This document shows, piece after piece, positions 40,565 to 54,380 of a stretch of DNA of 64,000 nucleotides (its first letter is position 1; each line of letters opens with the position of its first letter). The notes below the pieces were generated by a model. It made no database searches, had not been told where the DNA came from, and saw only the letters and a list, made by a program, of their open reading frames with translations. The stretch is taken from assembly GCA_951406725.2 (NCBI GenBank), contig OX597836.1, positions 50,096,001-50,160,000 on the forward strand, written 5' to 3'. This DNA comes from Octopus vulgaris. Its lineage: Eukaryota. The translations under genes and the position numbers were made by a program.

Positions 40565-40783
40565 TGTGTGTTTGTGTGTCTGTGTTTGTCCCCCTAGCAT
40601 TGCTTGACAACTGATGCTGGTGTGTTTATGTCCGCGTTACTTAGTGGTTCAGCAAAAGAGACTGATAGAATAAGTATTGGGCTTACAAAAGAATAAGTCC
40701 CGGGGTCGAGTTGCTCGATTAAAAAAGGCGGTGCTCCAGCATGGCCACAGTCAAATGACTGAAACAAGTAAAAGAGTAAAAGA
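40312..40783 (+). mobile_element. Full-length family B SINE with expanded internal (TA)n
   Basis: tRNA-like head, accttgggcaagtg, (TA)n at 40477-40559, tail ending aagtaaaagagtaaaagag. Confidence 0.9.
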
Positions 40784-41288
40784 GCACTACATCTTATACT
40801 GTACCCTAACCACTCCAGCTGATACCGTACTCCCACACTTAATCTACTGCAACACCAAGCAAGCTCGTACTCTGTTCTCTTTTTTTTTTGACTTGCTGTA
40901 TAAACATTTCGTCCCCCAGAGCCCCATCACAGAGCACTCCCCCACACCTATGGTACCTTACCCAAGCTCTGCCTCTCCCAGCACAGCAATGCCCTTCTCC
41001 TGCTCCCTCCGTTTGTGCTGGAATACAATTGTCTCCTTTACCCTTCTTAGTCTTCAGAACTCTGTCATTTGTGCTCTTGGCCGAAATACTAAATACACAA
41101 TATCCTTATCTAAGATGGAATTGGTAAGAAGATTTCTCTTGTAATAACAACAGCAATAATAATAATAATAATAATAATAATTGTTGTTGTTGTTGTTGTT
41201 GTTGCTGCTGTTATTATTAAATTTTTCAAAAGTAATCTAAGATGGAATTTATAAGATTTCTCTTGTAATAACAGCAGTAGCAGTTATT

Positions 41289-41621
41289 AGTAGTGGGGGA
41301 GCATCAAAGCCGTGAAGGGATTCTTTGGGGTTTGAATAATTCACCTCTGGAAACATGGGTGTTTCATTCAACATCCTTAAATAACCCTTATTCAGGGACC
41401 ATTGAACAGGATGGTTATTTGACCTGAAGAAAATTCTAACCAGGCCCCACCTGCAAGGTCATGCACTGTTTATCTTGATATGAGAACACCATGTCGCGCA
41501 CATATGGTTGTGATGCATGTGCCTGGTGTACCCTTATGAGACGGGTAGTCATGATGGGTATACTGGGCTTCGTATATTTTATCCTAGTGTCACTTTGATG
41601 GCATGCACTGCTCTCTCACTC
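41289..41621 (+). mobile_element. Second family E copy
   Basis: High similarity to ~39052-39391; (AAT)n follows. Confidence 0.7.
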
Positions 41622-41664
41622 AATAATAATAATAATAATGATAATAATAATAATAATAATAATA

Positions 41665-42967
<1,303 letters not shown>

Positions 42968-43554
42968 AAGAAGAAGAAGATGTTTGTTCTTAAATATCTC
43001 TTCCCAGACAGCACATATATGACAGATGATGCCACTATAATGGTAATCCTCATTAAAGAACCATTTGCACAAAGAATTTGAAAGCAAAAGTGAAATAATG
43101 TAAAGTGTCATCTGCTGGCTCTAACGATGATTGAGTTTCCTTTAACGATGATTGGGTTTCCTTGTAAGGCTGCATTCCTCCAACCAAATCACTGACTCTT
43201 ACAAGATACGGTTATCAGAATGCTGTGAATGTGCTTGGCCTTCTGGTTAGGGTATTGCACTTTTGATCCCAAGATCATAGTTTCAATTCCTGGGGCAGGC
43301 TGTGTGTTGTATTCTTGAGCAAAACACTTCATCCCATGTTGTTCCAGTTCACTCAACGGTAAATGTGTTTCAGTAACTGATGGGAAGTTAACTCTGCAAT
43401 GGACTATCATCCTGTCCAAGAGAGAGTGTTGTGATCTTGGTCATTCATATGCCACAGAAACAGGGTAACTGGCCCCTATGGGCGCTGGTATTCAAGACAG
43501 TATTGTCCAGGAGTTGTTGATGATGATGATGATGATGACAATGTTCCTCTACAT

Positions 43555-43836
43555 CAGTGGTTCTCAACCAGAGTCCATATAATCCTTGAGGGTCCATGTA
43601 ACCTTTAGGGGTCACATAAGATTTTCTTGTTAAAATTTATGTCCCCTAAATTGGTTTTGCTTCTACAAGATACAGAATATTTCAACAACTTTTTTTGTAG
43701 AATTCCTAATAATATTTAATTATAAAAATATAAGATGACCTTTTTTAATCATTGAATGGTTATGAGGGTCCATCCAAATAAAATAGGAATGAAAGGGGTC
43801 CATAGGTAAAAAAAAAAAAATGGTTGAGAACCACTA
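43555..43836. mobile_element. hAT (Charlie-like) MITE
   Basis: TIRs cagtggttctcaacc / ggttgagaaccacta; imperfect 8-bp TSD ctctacat / ctgtacag. A lone similar end lies at ~45474-45488. Confidence 0.8.
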
Positions 43837-44053
43837 CTGTACAGAAAGACTCATCTGATATTGATAGCAGAACACCAGGAAATCAAATGAAGAGAAAGGT
43901 TTTTGCAACAAAGTTTTAGCCGAGAAGGAAACCTGGTTCCACTTTCCCTTCTCCATTTTGTATTTAATTATTCATCAAGATCAGGATGAGATTTGCTTGT
44001 TCTTATTTTGGCTTCTTTGTGCTTTTGTCAAGACTGTCATTACAAATGTGTAA

Positions 44054-44386
44054 TCATCATCATTTAACGTCTGCTTTCCATGCTGGCATAGGTTGGGCGG
44101 TTTGACTGGGGTCTGGCAAACCAGATGGCTACGCCAGGCTCCGGTCTGATCTGGCAGAGTTTCTACAGCTGGATGCCCTTCCTAACACCAACCACTCCAA
44201 GAGTGTAGTGGGTGCTTTTACGTGCCACCGGCACAAGGGCCAGTCAGGTGGTACTGGCAACGGTCATGCTCAAATGGTGTTTTTTACGTGCCACCTGCAT
44301 AGGAGCCAGTCCAGTGGCACTGGCAACAACCTCACTCGAATGTCTTTTCATGTGCCACCAGCACAAGTGCCAGTAAGGCGACGCTA
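44054..44386 (-). mobile_element. RTE-family 3' UTR copy
   Basis: Same block as 24620-24812 in reverse. Similar copies at 27067-27220 (-), 58015-58180 (+) and 63120-63470 (-). Confidence 0.85.
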
Positions 44387-46565
44387 ATTCTGTAGAAATG
44401 GCCTACAAAACATGAATCATTGACAAGCAACTATTTAGAATGTCAAGGAGATCCAACCGGAATTTAGTCAGATCTCCTTGGTGATAGAAACCAAAATATG
44501 TTCCTGGAAAAGTACTCCAGTTTTTGAGACTAAAGAGCTTAGCAAAAGATCACCGTTTACATGCCCAGATCCACACCAACCAACATCTACAAGAATAGAA
44601 GAACCCCATGACCAAAGAGTCTTTAATAAATCAGATGACATCTGCCCTTACTTTGGTAATAATGGCCCTGGGAATCACTCACTCCATGGCAGAAAAGAGA
44701 ACTGACTAATCTTCAGAATATGGACATATATGTGCACACTGTAACCATGGAAATCAATGTTTTAAAAAGTACAAAAGCAAGTACAAATTAAAGTTATCAA
44801 AACCTAAGAAGTGAAGAGAGGAACTGAAACGATTGTCTTCAATTCTTTGTGGAGGAGAGTTGCATCAGTTGAATCTTCTGAGAATAAAGATTGTCTTCAA
44901 GGGATTTCTTTTGATCATTCTTTGGACAATCAACTCCAAAAAATTCAGACAAAGCAACCATCCAACACACAACTCTATGTAAACCTCTCCTATAACAAAT
45001 GTCAGGCAAATGTCTTGGAACTAGTTGAAGCCTAAGTCTGAAACAACTGTTATTCCAGCAGTTGCTGATGATCCTTGCCATCAAAGTTGCTTTGATTAGA
45101 TCAATCTAATCCCTGTGGAGATAGAAATCCTTACAGATGATCAAAACGCCATCTGGATTCTTTCTAGAAATAAAGTCGGACTCAAAGAAGAACTTATAAC
45201 CTTAACCGTTCTTGACTTTAACTTGGCTCCATTTTAGTCTCTTCTATGGGAGTAAATACATCTTGCAACAAATATGGATGGAAATATGAGCCACTTAGTG
45301 GAGCTGATGTGCCTCAATGGCACCTTCATTGTTCAATGTCTAAATGTATTCTTGTCAATCTTTTTAAATTTCCCCCCCCCAAAAAAGCAAAACATGAGTG
45401 AATTAAAGTAAACTTTATTATATTTATAGAGGGAAAAGCATCAGGGGTCAGTGGAAGGATGCTTGAGGGTTGCAGTTGAGAACCATTGGTCTAAACAATC
45501 GAGAGAAAATCACTGATTCCAGGACCAATTATCTACAACTAGCAGACTAGTGATTCTTTAATGTAGAATCAAGAAAGTTGCAAAAGCAAAGAAATCTTTT
45601 GGAAGACACAAAAAGAGAAAAAAACAAAATAAACGAGAAGAAATTGAAGCAGTGAGGGGTTGGGCATGAAGGCACAACGGAATTATGATGAAGGTGGATG
45701 GTGGATTCGTTACCATGTTGGACGACAAGATGCTACATGGTATTTTGTCCATCTTTATGTTGTGCATTCAAAGGTCAACTTTGCCTTTGGAACTTTCAGG
45801 GGCAATAAAATAAGCACCAGTTGAACACGGGTGATGGAGGGGGGAGGTCATGCAATCGACTCATCCTCCCCCCCCCCACCGGTCAAGGTGGCCTTTCACT
45901 GTATTACAGCCATCACAGTAAGATATCTTGTATCTTTTACTTGTTTCACTCACTGGGCTGTAGCCATGCTGGAGCACCACATTGAAAAGCTCAGTTGAAC
46001 AAAATGACGCCAGCACTTGCCGTCCTTAAAGTCTGCTGTTTATTATGTTAGTCACCGATGTCAAACCACTAAGTTACAGGGATGTAAACAAACCTACCTG
46101 GCTGTGAAGTGCAGTTGGGGGAGGGGACAAAAACACACGTGTACACAGAATGAAAGTGCTAAGCTGTGATGTGTGTATATACAAACTTATTCCCAGTTCA
46201 AATATGCTTGAGGCTTATTTGAACCCGTTACAAAGCCATTCACTCTATTCTGTCTTTGAGAAAACTCCTCACTGTAGACAAACTGGTGTAAATGCCCCAC
46301 GGCATCTCACAGAGTTCCCTGACCAGTCTGGTGGGTCCGAGTGGTTGTCTCCTTTCCAGCACCAGAAACTGGGAAGGCAGACACTGCAAGCTGACAAGAG
46401 AAATAGCTCCTTCTTATGATATTCCCATCATTGTACTGTGAGTGGTTGCACCATTCAGTGGCTCACCTGAAATAAAATATGGGGTGGTAATGGTGGTGGT
46501 GATGGTGATGACGATGATGACAATGACAATGATGACAATGATGATGGTGGTGGTGGTGGTGGTGG

Positions 46566-46609
<44 letters not shown>

Positions 46610-46885
46610 ATGATGATGATGAGGAGGAGTATGGTGGTGATGATGAATTCCTATATTTCAAGCATTTCACTGCATTAATTCTTTGCTCCACCCCCACCCC
46701 CCCCCACCCCCAGCCACAAATACAGACAAGTTGAAGCCCCACCACCACCACCACCACCACCACCACTGAAGTTTGAACTTAAGTTCTCACTCTGCCTACC
46801 TACTGTGGACTTAGTGAGATGTGGGGTGGTTGAACCTGTTTGTCAGTCAGGTAAACTGAGGGAGCAGGGCTAAGAAAGAAAGAAA

Positions 46886-46918
<33 letters not shown>

Positions 46919-47359
46919 GAAGAAAGAAAGAGAGAAAGAGAGAGAGAAAGAAAGAAGAATGAAAATATTGACATACAAAAGATGAGTGCAGGGTTGGGGT
47001 GGGGAGGAAAAGAAAGAGAGATAAAGAAAGAAGGAAGGAAGGAAAATCAGAGAAGCAAACTCTCTCTCAGAGTAATAGTCTCCCTCCCCCCCCTCCTCCG
47101 CCTTTCACCCACTCAGTCACTCCCACTCTTATTCTCTTCTGTCTCCTACCACTCCTCTCTTCCTGATAACTGTTGCTCTTAAGACATAAACCACCCACCT
47201 ATCACCCCACCCCCACCACCACCACCAACAACAACAGCACACACACACGCGCGCACACTCACACACGCGCCCGCGTGCGCACACTCACACACACACACAC
47301 ACGCGTGCACACACACACACGCGTGCACACACTCACACACACTCACACACACACACATA

Positions 47360-47392
<33 letters not shown>

Positions 47393-49503
47393 ACACACAC
47401 ACACACACACCCCACCCCACCAACACACGCGCGTGCGCACCCACACTCACCCACACACCACACACCCACACACACACACACGCGTGCACACACTCACACA
47501 CACTCACACACAAACATACTCACACACACACACCACACCCCGCATCCCCCACACACACACCCACCCACCCACCACCCCCACCCACACACACACACACGCG
47601 CACACACAGATTCCTCTCCACCGCTGCTGCCACCAAATAAATATCTACAGCAGTTTTTCTTTCTTCTTCTTCTTCTTCTTCTGGTGGTGGTGGTGGTGGT
47701 GGTGGTTAATGCTGAAGTAAGGATGGAAGGAAGGAAAGAAAGAAGGAAAAGAATGAAGGAGACCATTGCAGTTGGGAGAGTGTGGTTGATGGGTGTGGGG
47801 GTGGGCGTGAATGTTAGGGAGTCAGGGTTGGAGAGGGAGAAGGTGGGAGTGCAGCAGGGGGGGGGGGAGAATTCATCCCAAATACCTAAACACCATCACC
47901 ACCACCACCATGACAACAATGAGAGTGGCCCCAGCTACAGCTTCTCCACCATCTTTAGTCAACTGGTTAGATATATGTGGTGGTGGTGGTGGTGGTGTTT
48001 ATGAGGAGGATGGAAGTGTGGTGGGGATGAGGATGGGGTGGGATGAGGGTGGTGGTGGTGGTGGTGGTGGTGGTGGTGGTTGTGGTGGTGGTGGTGGTGG
48101 TAGTGGTGGTTGTATGTGATGTTGATATTGTTAGAGGTGATGATAACAGTTGCAATATAGTTTGGGTGGTGGTGATGGTGATGGTGGCGAAGGCGGTGGT
48201 GGTGGTGGTGTCGGTAGCAGGGGTGGGGGTTATATGAGTGGTTAACCATTTATTTGTTACCATGGTGATATCTCTAGTGAGAGAATGCTTGAGATTTGTA
48301 AAGATAAGATAAGATTAAAGGTGAGGGCATTTGTTGTTTAGCCCCAGGTCAGCCCTGGTCTAGCAGATTAAAGATCAAAGATATTCCAGCCATGACCATC
48401 AATAGTGTTTCTCCTATGTGCAAGGAGTGCAAGTCTGTATTATCAAATGCACTTCACCTCCTCGAAGATAACTGGGTGTGATTTGATGGAGAATTAGCTG
48501 CTATTTATAGCAGAGGGAGTGACTCACATCAAGACTCCTACAAAGACTCCTACATTGATAGTTGAGATACTAGGGGGGCGGAGTAGGGTTGATTTGGTCA
48601 CCAATGTCTAAATTCTGGGGTGGGGTGGGGGTGAAGAATAATGACCCAGGGGCTTGGGAGACAGTGGGAGCATTATGGGGTGGGGGAAGTAGGATAGAGC
48701 TATTAAAGAGGTAGGTGACAGGGAAGGGGTGGGTTGGATATTTTAGATCATTTCTTTTTGTCTTTCTCCTTGTTTCAGCCGGCAGACTGTGGCCATACTG
48801 GGGCACTGCCATGAAGAATTCTAGCTGAATGGATCGACTCCCTTTTTTTAAGTCATAGGGATGTAAACACACCAACACCGGTTGTCAAGCAGTGGTGGGG
48901 GACAAACACAGACACACACACACACACACATACTTTTATTCTTTTATCTGTTTCAGTCATTGACTGTGGCCATGCTGGGGCACTGCCTCAAAGGGTTTTT
49001 TGGTTGGAGAAATTGACCCAGGACTTATTCTTTGTAAGCCTAGTTCTCATTCTATCTGTCTTTTTCACTGAAGTGCTAAGTTACAGGAACATAAACACAC
49101 CAGCATCGGTTGTCCAGCAATGGTGGAGGGGACAAACACAGACAGAAACAGGCACACATAAATATATAAATAGACACACACACACACACACATATATATA
49201 TACATAATGAAGACATAATTAGTGCTTGAACAGAGCATCAGGAATATAAAGTGGAGGAAGAAGGAACAAATTTCAAAGAATAAGTCCTGGGTAGATTTCT
49301 TTGACTAAAAAAACTCTTTAAAGTAGTGCTCCAGCATGACCACAGTCAAATGAATGAAATGTTTGAAAGAATATAAATGTGTGTTTGTGTGTGTGTGGAC
49401 TGGAGCAACATGAAGATTGCAAGTCAAATACCCTAACCACTAACCCACCACACCTTCTCTCTCTCTCTCTCTCTCTCTATTATATATATATATATATATA
49501 TAT

Positions 49504-49605
<102 letters not shown>

Positions 49606-49614
49606 TCATCATCA

Positions 49615-49652
<38 letters not shown>

Positions 49653-49751
49653 GTACGTTTAAATATTTGTTGTGCAAGATTTATTGGCTAAACTGGCAAT
49701 ATGACCATTCCGAAATATAACAATATATATATATGTATATATATATAAATA

Positions 49752-49917
<166 letters not shown>

Positions 49918-50427
49918 AGAGAGAGAGAGAGAGAAAGAGAGATACATCTATATATATCATATATGTATTTGTGTGTGTGTGTACATATATATAAAATGAA
50001 TATATTCATACATATATGTGTGTGTGTGTGTGTGTAAAGAGTAGCTGTCTGTATATGTATGAATGCAGGTAGGAAGGTAGGTATGCTGGGTAGGTAAAAG
50101 TGATGTGATGGGAGATAGTAGTGCATGGGGGAGATGAATATGTAAGGTATAGCGTGGGAGGAGGGGAGGATGCCAAAGGCTAGGAGAATGAAGAAAGGAG
50201 GGAGAGGATGGGGAGGAGGAGGAGGAGATAGAGAAGGAAGTCAGATCTAGAGAACTGGGGTGGGGGCGTGAGAGAGGAATGAATGAGGGTGGGGTGGCGA
50301 TGTACTCTCATTTTCCTCTTCTTCTTCTTTGGAATTCCTTCCAATTTTAGTTCCTATAATCTAAAGTGTGGTCCCTGTATCACATTACATACACACACAC
50401 ACGCACATTTAAATATACATAGGTATA

Positions 50428-50481
<54 letters not shown>

Positions 50482-50506
50482 CATATATGTTTATATATAC
50501 ATATAT

Positions 50507-50549
<43 letters not shown>

Positions 50550-50655
50550 TACATATATATGTATGTATATATATATATACATACACACATACATTATGTA
50601 TTATATTTTTATATATAAATGTACGCATATCTCAATCTATCTATCTATTTATCTA

Positions 50656-50687
<32 letters not shown>

Positions 50688-50726
50688 CATGTATGTATGT
50701 GTGTGTGTCAGTGTATATAATCGATA

Positions 50727-50819
<93 letters not shown>

Positions 50820-51560
50820 TAGATAGATAGACATATGCAAAGGGTAAAGAACCTCCTTTGGTCATAGATGACCATGGGATTGCATCTAGAAAGTTCCTCT
50901 CCTCAGCACAAGTCTGAACAAAAGATTGTTTATCGAAGACCAGCGGTCACCCATCACATGCCAGCCTCCCATCTCCAAGGCCCCTGATATTATCCAAGGG
51001 AAAGGCAAAGGGGCTGATACAGCTCGGCACCAGTGATGTTGCAACTCATTTCTACAGAGCAACGTGAAATAGAGTGTTTTGCTCAAGAACACAACACACA
51101 GCCTGGTATATGAACATAGATAAGTGTGTGTGTGTTTATATATATCATGAGGGAGGGAGAAAAAGAGAAAAAATGGAAGTAGGGGGCAGGGAGAAAGAGA
51201 AAAAGGGAAAGGCAAGCCCCCCCCCCCCCAAAGAAATGGGATTCAAGTAAAGCAGCAGCAGCAACAGTTAGGGGTTTGGGGTTAGAACTGAGAAAAGGGG
51301 GACTGTCACCACCCCATCCCCATGTTACCTGACTTATCTTGTAATAAACAACCCATCTCTCACCCACTCCCCCCTCTATCCCATCCCTATTAGACATGAA
51401 ATATTTGTGGACTCTTTTTTTTTGCCTCTTACCTAACACCCCCCCCCTCCAGTACACCTGAGCCACCACCACCACTCCCCCACCATCCCCCACCACCATC
51501 ATCACTATATTCACTATTATAAACACTAAAACCTCCACTGGTACCATCACTTTCACCACC

Positions 51561-51630
<70 letters not shown>

Positions 51631-52128
51631 CCACCACCATACAACCACCAACATCAGCACCACTGTCACCACCCAACACTACCACTTATACCACCACCAC
51701 CACCTCAGCCTGCTGCCATTCTGGTGCAGAATGTTGGAGGACCTTCAAGTATTTGAGCAATGCGATGTAATCAGTGGTGAGTTAAGTTTCGGCCCCGTGT
51801 AGCAGAGAAAGGCCCCAGATTTCACCAAACTAAACTTGGCAATATTCCAGAAGCAAAAAATAAAATAAAAAGAAAAAGAAAAAGAAGAAATAAAAATAGA
51901 CTAAGCTTGCAAACCCCCGCCCCCCACCATTTGCGCTCCCACCCTCACACTCTATTTTCTTAATTCTTCATCATCATCATCATCATCATTCTAAATTTTT
52001 TCTGTTGCTCTTTCCCACACTTCTGCCTTTCATACTTAATTTGCATACCCCCACTTCCACCCGCAACCAAAGTTTTCTGTGTGTCTACCAATGCACACAC
52101 ATACACACATAAATGCATGCATACATAT

Positions 52129-52194
<66 letters not shown>

Positions 52195-52767
52195 ATATAA
52201 GCTTTTAAACGCACACACACGAATATATTATTTATTATACTTTTAGAAGGAGAGGGTTGGCAGTGACTGCAAAGTTTTGGTTTGCTGGCCTTTGTCAAAC
52301 AGTTTCCAAAAGATTAGCTGATTGGAACTTCGAAGTTACTGTCAACCTGCTTCTAGTAAAATTATAATAATTATTGAGTTATTCTTCAGTTTAACGTTAG
52401 ATATTTTTTTAATTATAATTTGAGATAAAAATAAGCATTGATATATATGTACTTTATAAGTATAGGCACAGGTGTGGCTGTGTGGTAAGTAGCTTGCTTC
52501 CCAAACACATGATTCTGGGTTCAGTCCCACTGTGTGGCACTTTGGGCAAGTGTCTTCTACTATAGCTTCTGGCCTTGTGAGTAGATTTGGTTGATGGAAA
52601 CTGAAAGAAGCCTGTCGCATGTGTGTGTATGTGTGTGCCTTTGTGTCATTGTTTGTCAACCCATGTTTGTACATTTACGTCCTAGTAGCTTAGAGTAAGT
52701 ACCAATTATTTGCATTATTTACATTATTTACATTAGACGGATATTTGTCCTCATCTTGTTTGTTATT

Positions 52768-52812
52768 AAACAATGTTTCGGCTGATATACCCTCCAGCCT
52801 TCACCAGTGTCT
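52768..52812 (-). ncRNA. Type I hammerhead ribozyme, degenerate mirror copy
   Basis: Minus strand: agaca-CTGGTGA-a-ggctg-gagggtatat-cagcc-GAAAC-ATT-gttt. Confidence 0.6.
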
Positions 52813-52900
52813 TGGGGAAATTTCGAACCGGGGTTCTCATTCCTAAGGTATTTTTCAATGTTCTTGTTATTATTATTGTTGTTGTTGTTGTTATTATTCA

Positions 52901-52973
52901 GGTCACTGCCTGGAATCGAACTTGGAATCTTGGGATTAGTAACCCACACTCTTAACCACTATGCCATATGCCC
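52901..52973 (-). promoter_or_regulatory. tRNA-derived head with Pol III A and B boxes
   Basis: Minus: GGGCATA-TGGCATAGTGG-TTAAGAGTGTGGGTTACTAATCCCAAGATTCCA-AGTTCGATTCC-AGGCAGTGACC. Confidence 0.75.
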
Positions 52974-53037
52974 ATGACGTAATAATAACATCGAAAAATA
53001 CCTTAGGAATGAGAACCCAGGTTCGAAATTTCCCCAA

Positions 53038-53083
53038 GACACCTGATGAAGGCTGGAGGGTATATCAGGTGAAACGTTGTGTT
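53038..53083 (+). ncRNA. Minimal type I hammerhead ribozyme
   Basis: Stem I gacac/gtgtt; CTGATGA at 53043-53049; stem II ggctg/caggt (one mismatch); GAAAC-GTT with palindromic aacgtt. Confidence 0.75.
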
Positions 53084-53579
53084 AACAAACAAACAAGATG
53101 AGGAGAAATATCCGTCAAATGTAAATAATGTAAATAATTCCTCATCTCTTAAATATAGAACACCAGGTTTTAAAATGTATTGAGGTCAATTCCTGTAGAT
53201 GGTGCTCCAGCATGGCCACAGTCTAATGACTGCAATGAGTAAAAGATAAAAGTTAAAAGATATAAATCATCATCATCATCATCATCATTTGATGTCTGGT
53301 TTCAATGCTGTCATGAGTTGGAGAGTGACAGGATCTGGAGAGCCACAGAGCTGCACTGTGCTCCACACACACGCACACACACACACACATTTACGTGTGT
53401 GTGTGTGTGTGTGTGTCCTGGTGCAAATGTTGTAAGAGGCAACTAAAACGTTTGGCAGCAAGAAGAGCAACCACTCACGAAACAGTGACTTGGAAAAGTT
53501 GTTCAATCCATACCAGCATAGAAAAGCAGACATTAACCAAAAATGCTGCTGCTGATGATGATGATGATAGAGTTTGGGT

Positions 53580-53810
53580 GAACAGCATCAAAGCCCACCC
53601 CAGCTATCAATATAAAAACTTTGGCTCTTATTATGGAGAGGCCCCATGTCTACCTCATGAGTAACACCAAATGTCCCCCATCAGATCCTTTACAGTGAAT
53701 TCAGCACCTGTAAACAAGCCAGTGGACGCCCTCTGGAGCTTTACAATGATCAACTCAAACAGATTCTGAAGAAAATTTGGAAAGAACAGGCAGCAGACTA
53801 CAAATTCTAG
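53580..53810 (+). mobile_element. Degraded RTE/BovB-like LINE fragment
   Basis: PHQILYSEFSTCKQASGRPLELYNDQLKQILKKIWKEQAAD at ~53676-53798. Confidence 0.6.
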
Positions 53811-54026
53811 GGTCAGACCTTTTCAGACCCAGGAATGAAAAGGACCAACAACAAAGATGGAAAAATCAACCATTTCCAACCATACCCACCTCTGACTATC
53901 AAGAGCAATGAGACATAGATATGAGACATTTTGGCACAGCCCTGTTGGTGCTGCCACTTTGGCACCACTGATTAAATGCTGACTTATTTGACATCAGTCC
54001 ATTTAATATTTCTCTCATTCTTTTCC

Positions 54027-54380
<354 letters not shown>

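Larger units (their letters stand above)
52714..53138. mobile_element. Palindromic element: two hammerhead-bearing arms around a tRNA-like head, nested in a family B SINE
   Basis: Inverted arms ~52714-52863 and ~52986-53138. Host SINE head at ~52464-52700 and tail at ~53161-53260. Confidence 0.75.

Noticed and set aside
44390-45330. ~1-kb non-repetitive stretch with short ORFs
   Set aside because: No recognisable motif or splice pattern; probably a decayed transposon, left unassigned.
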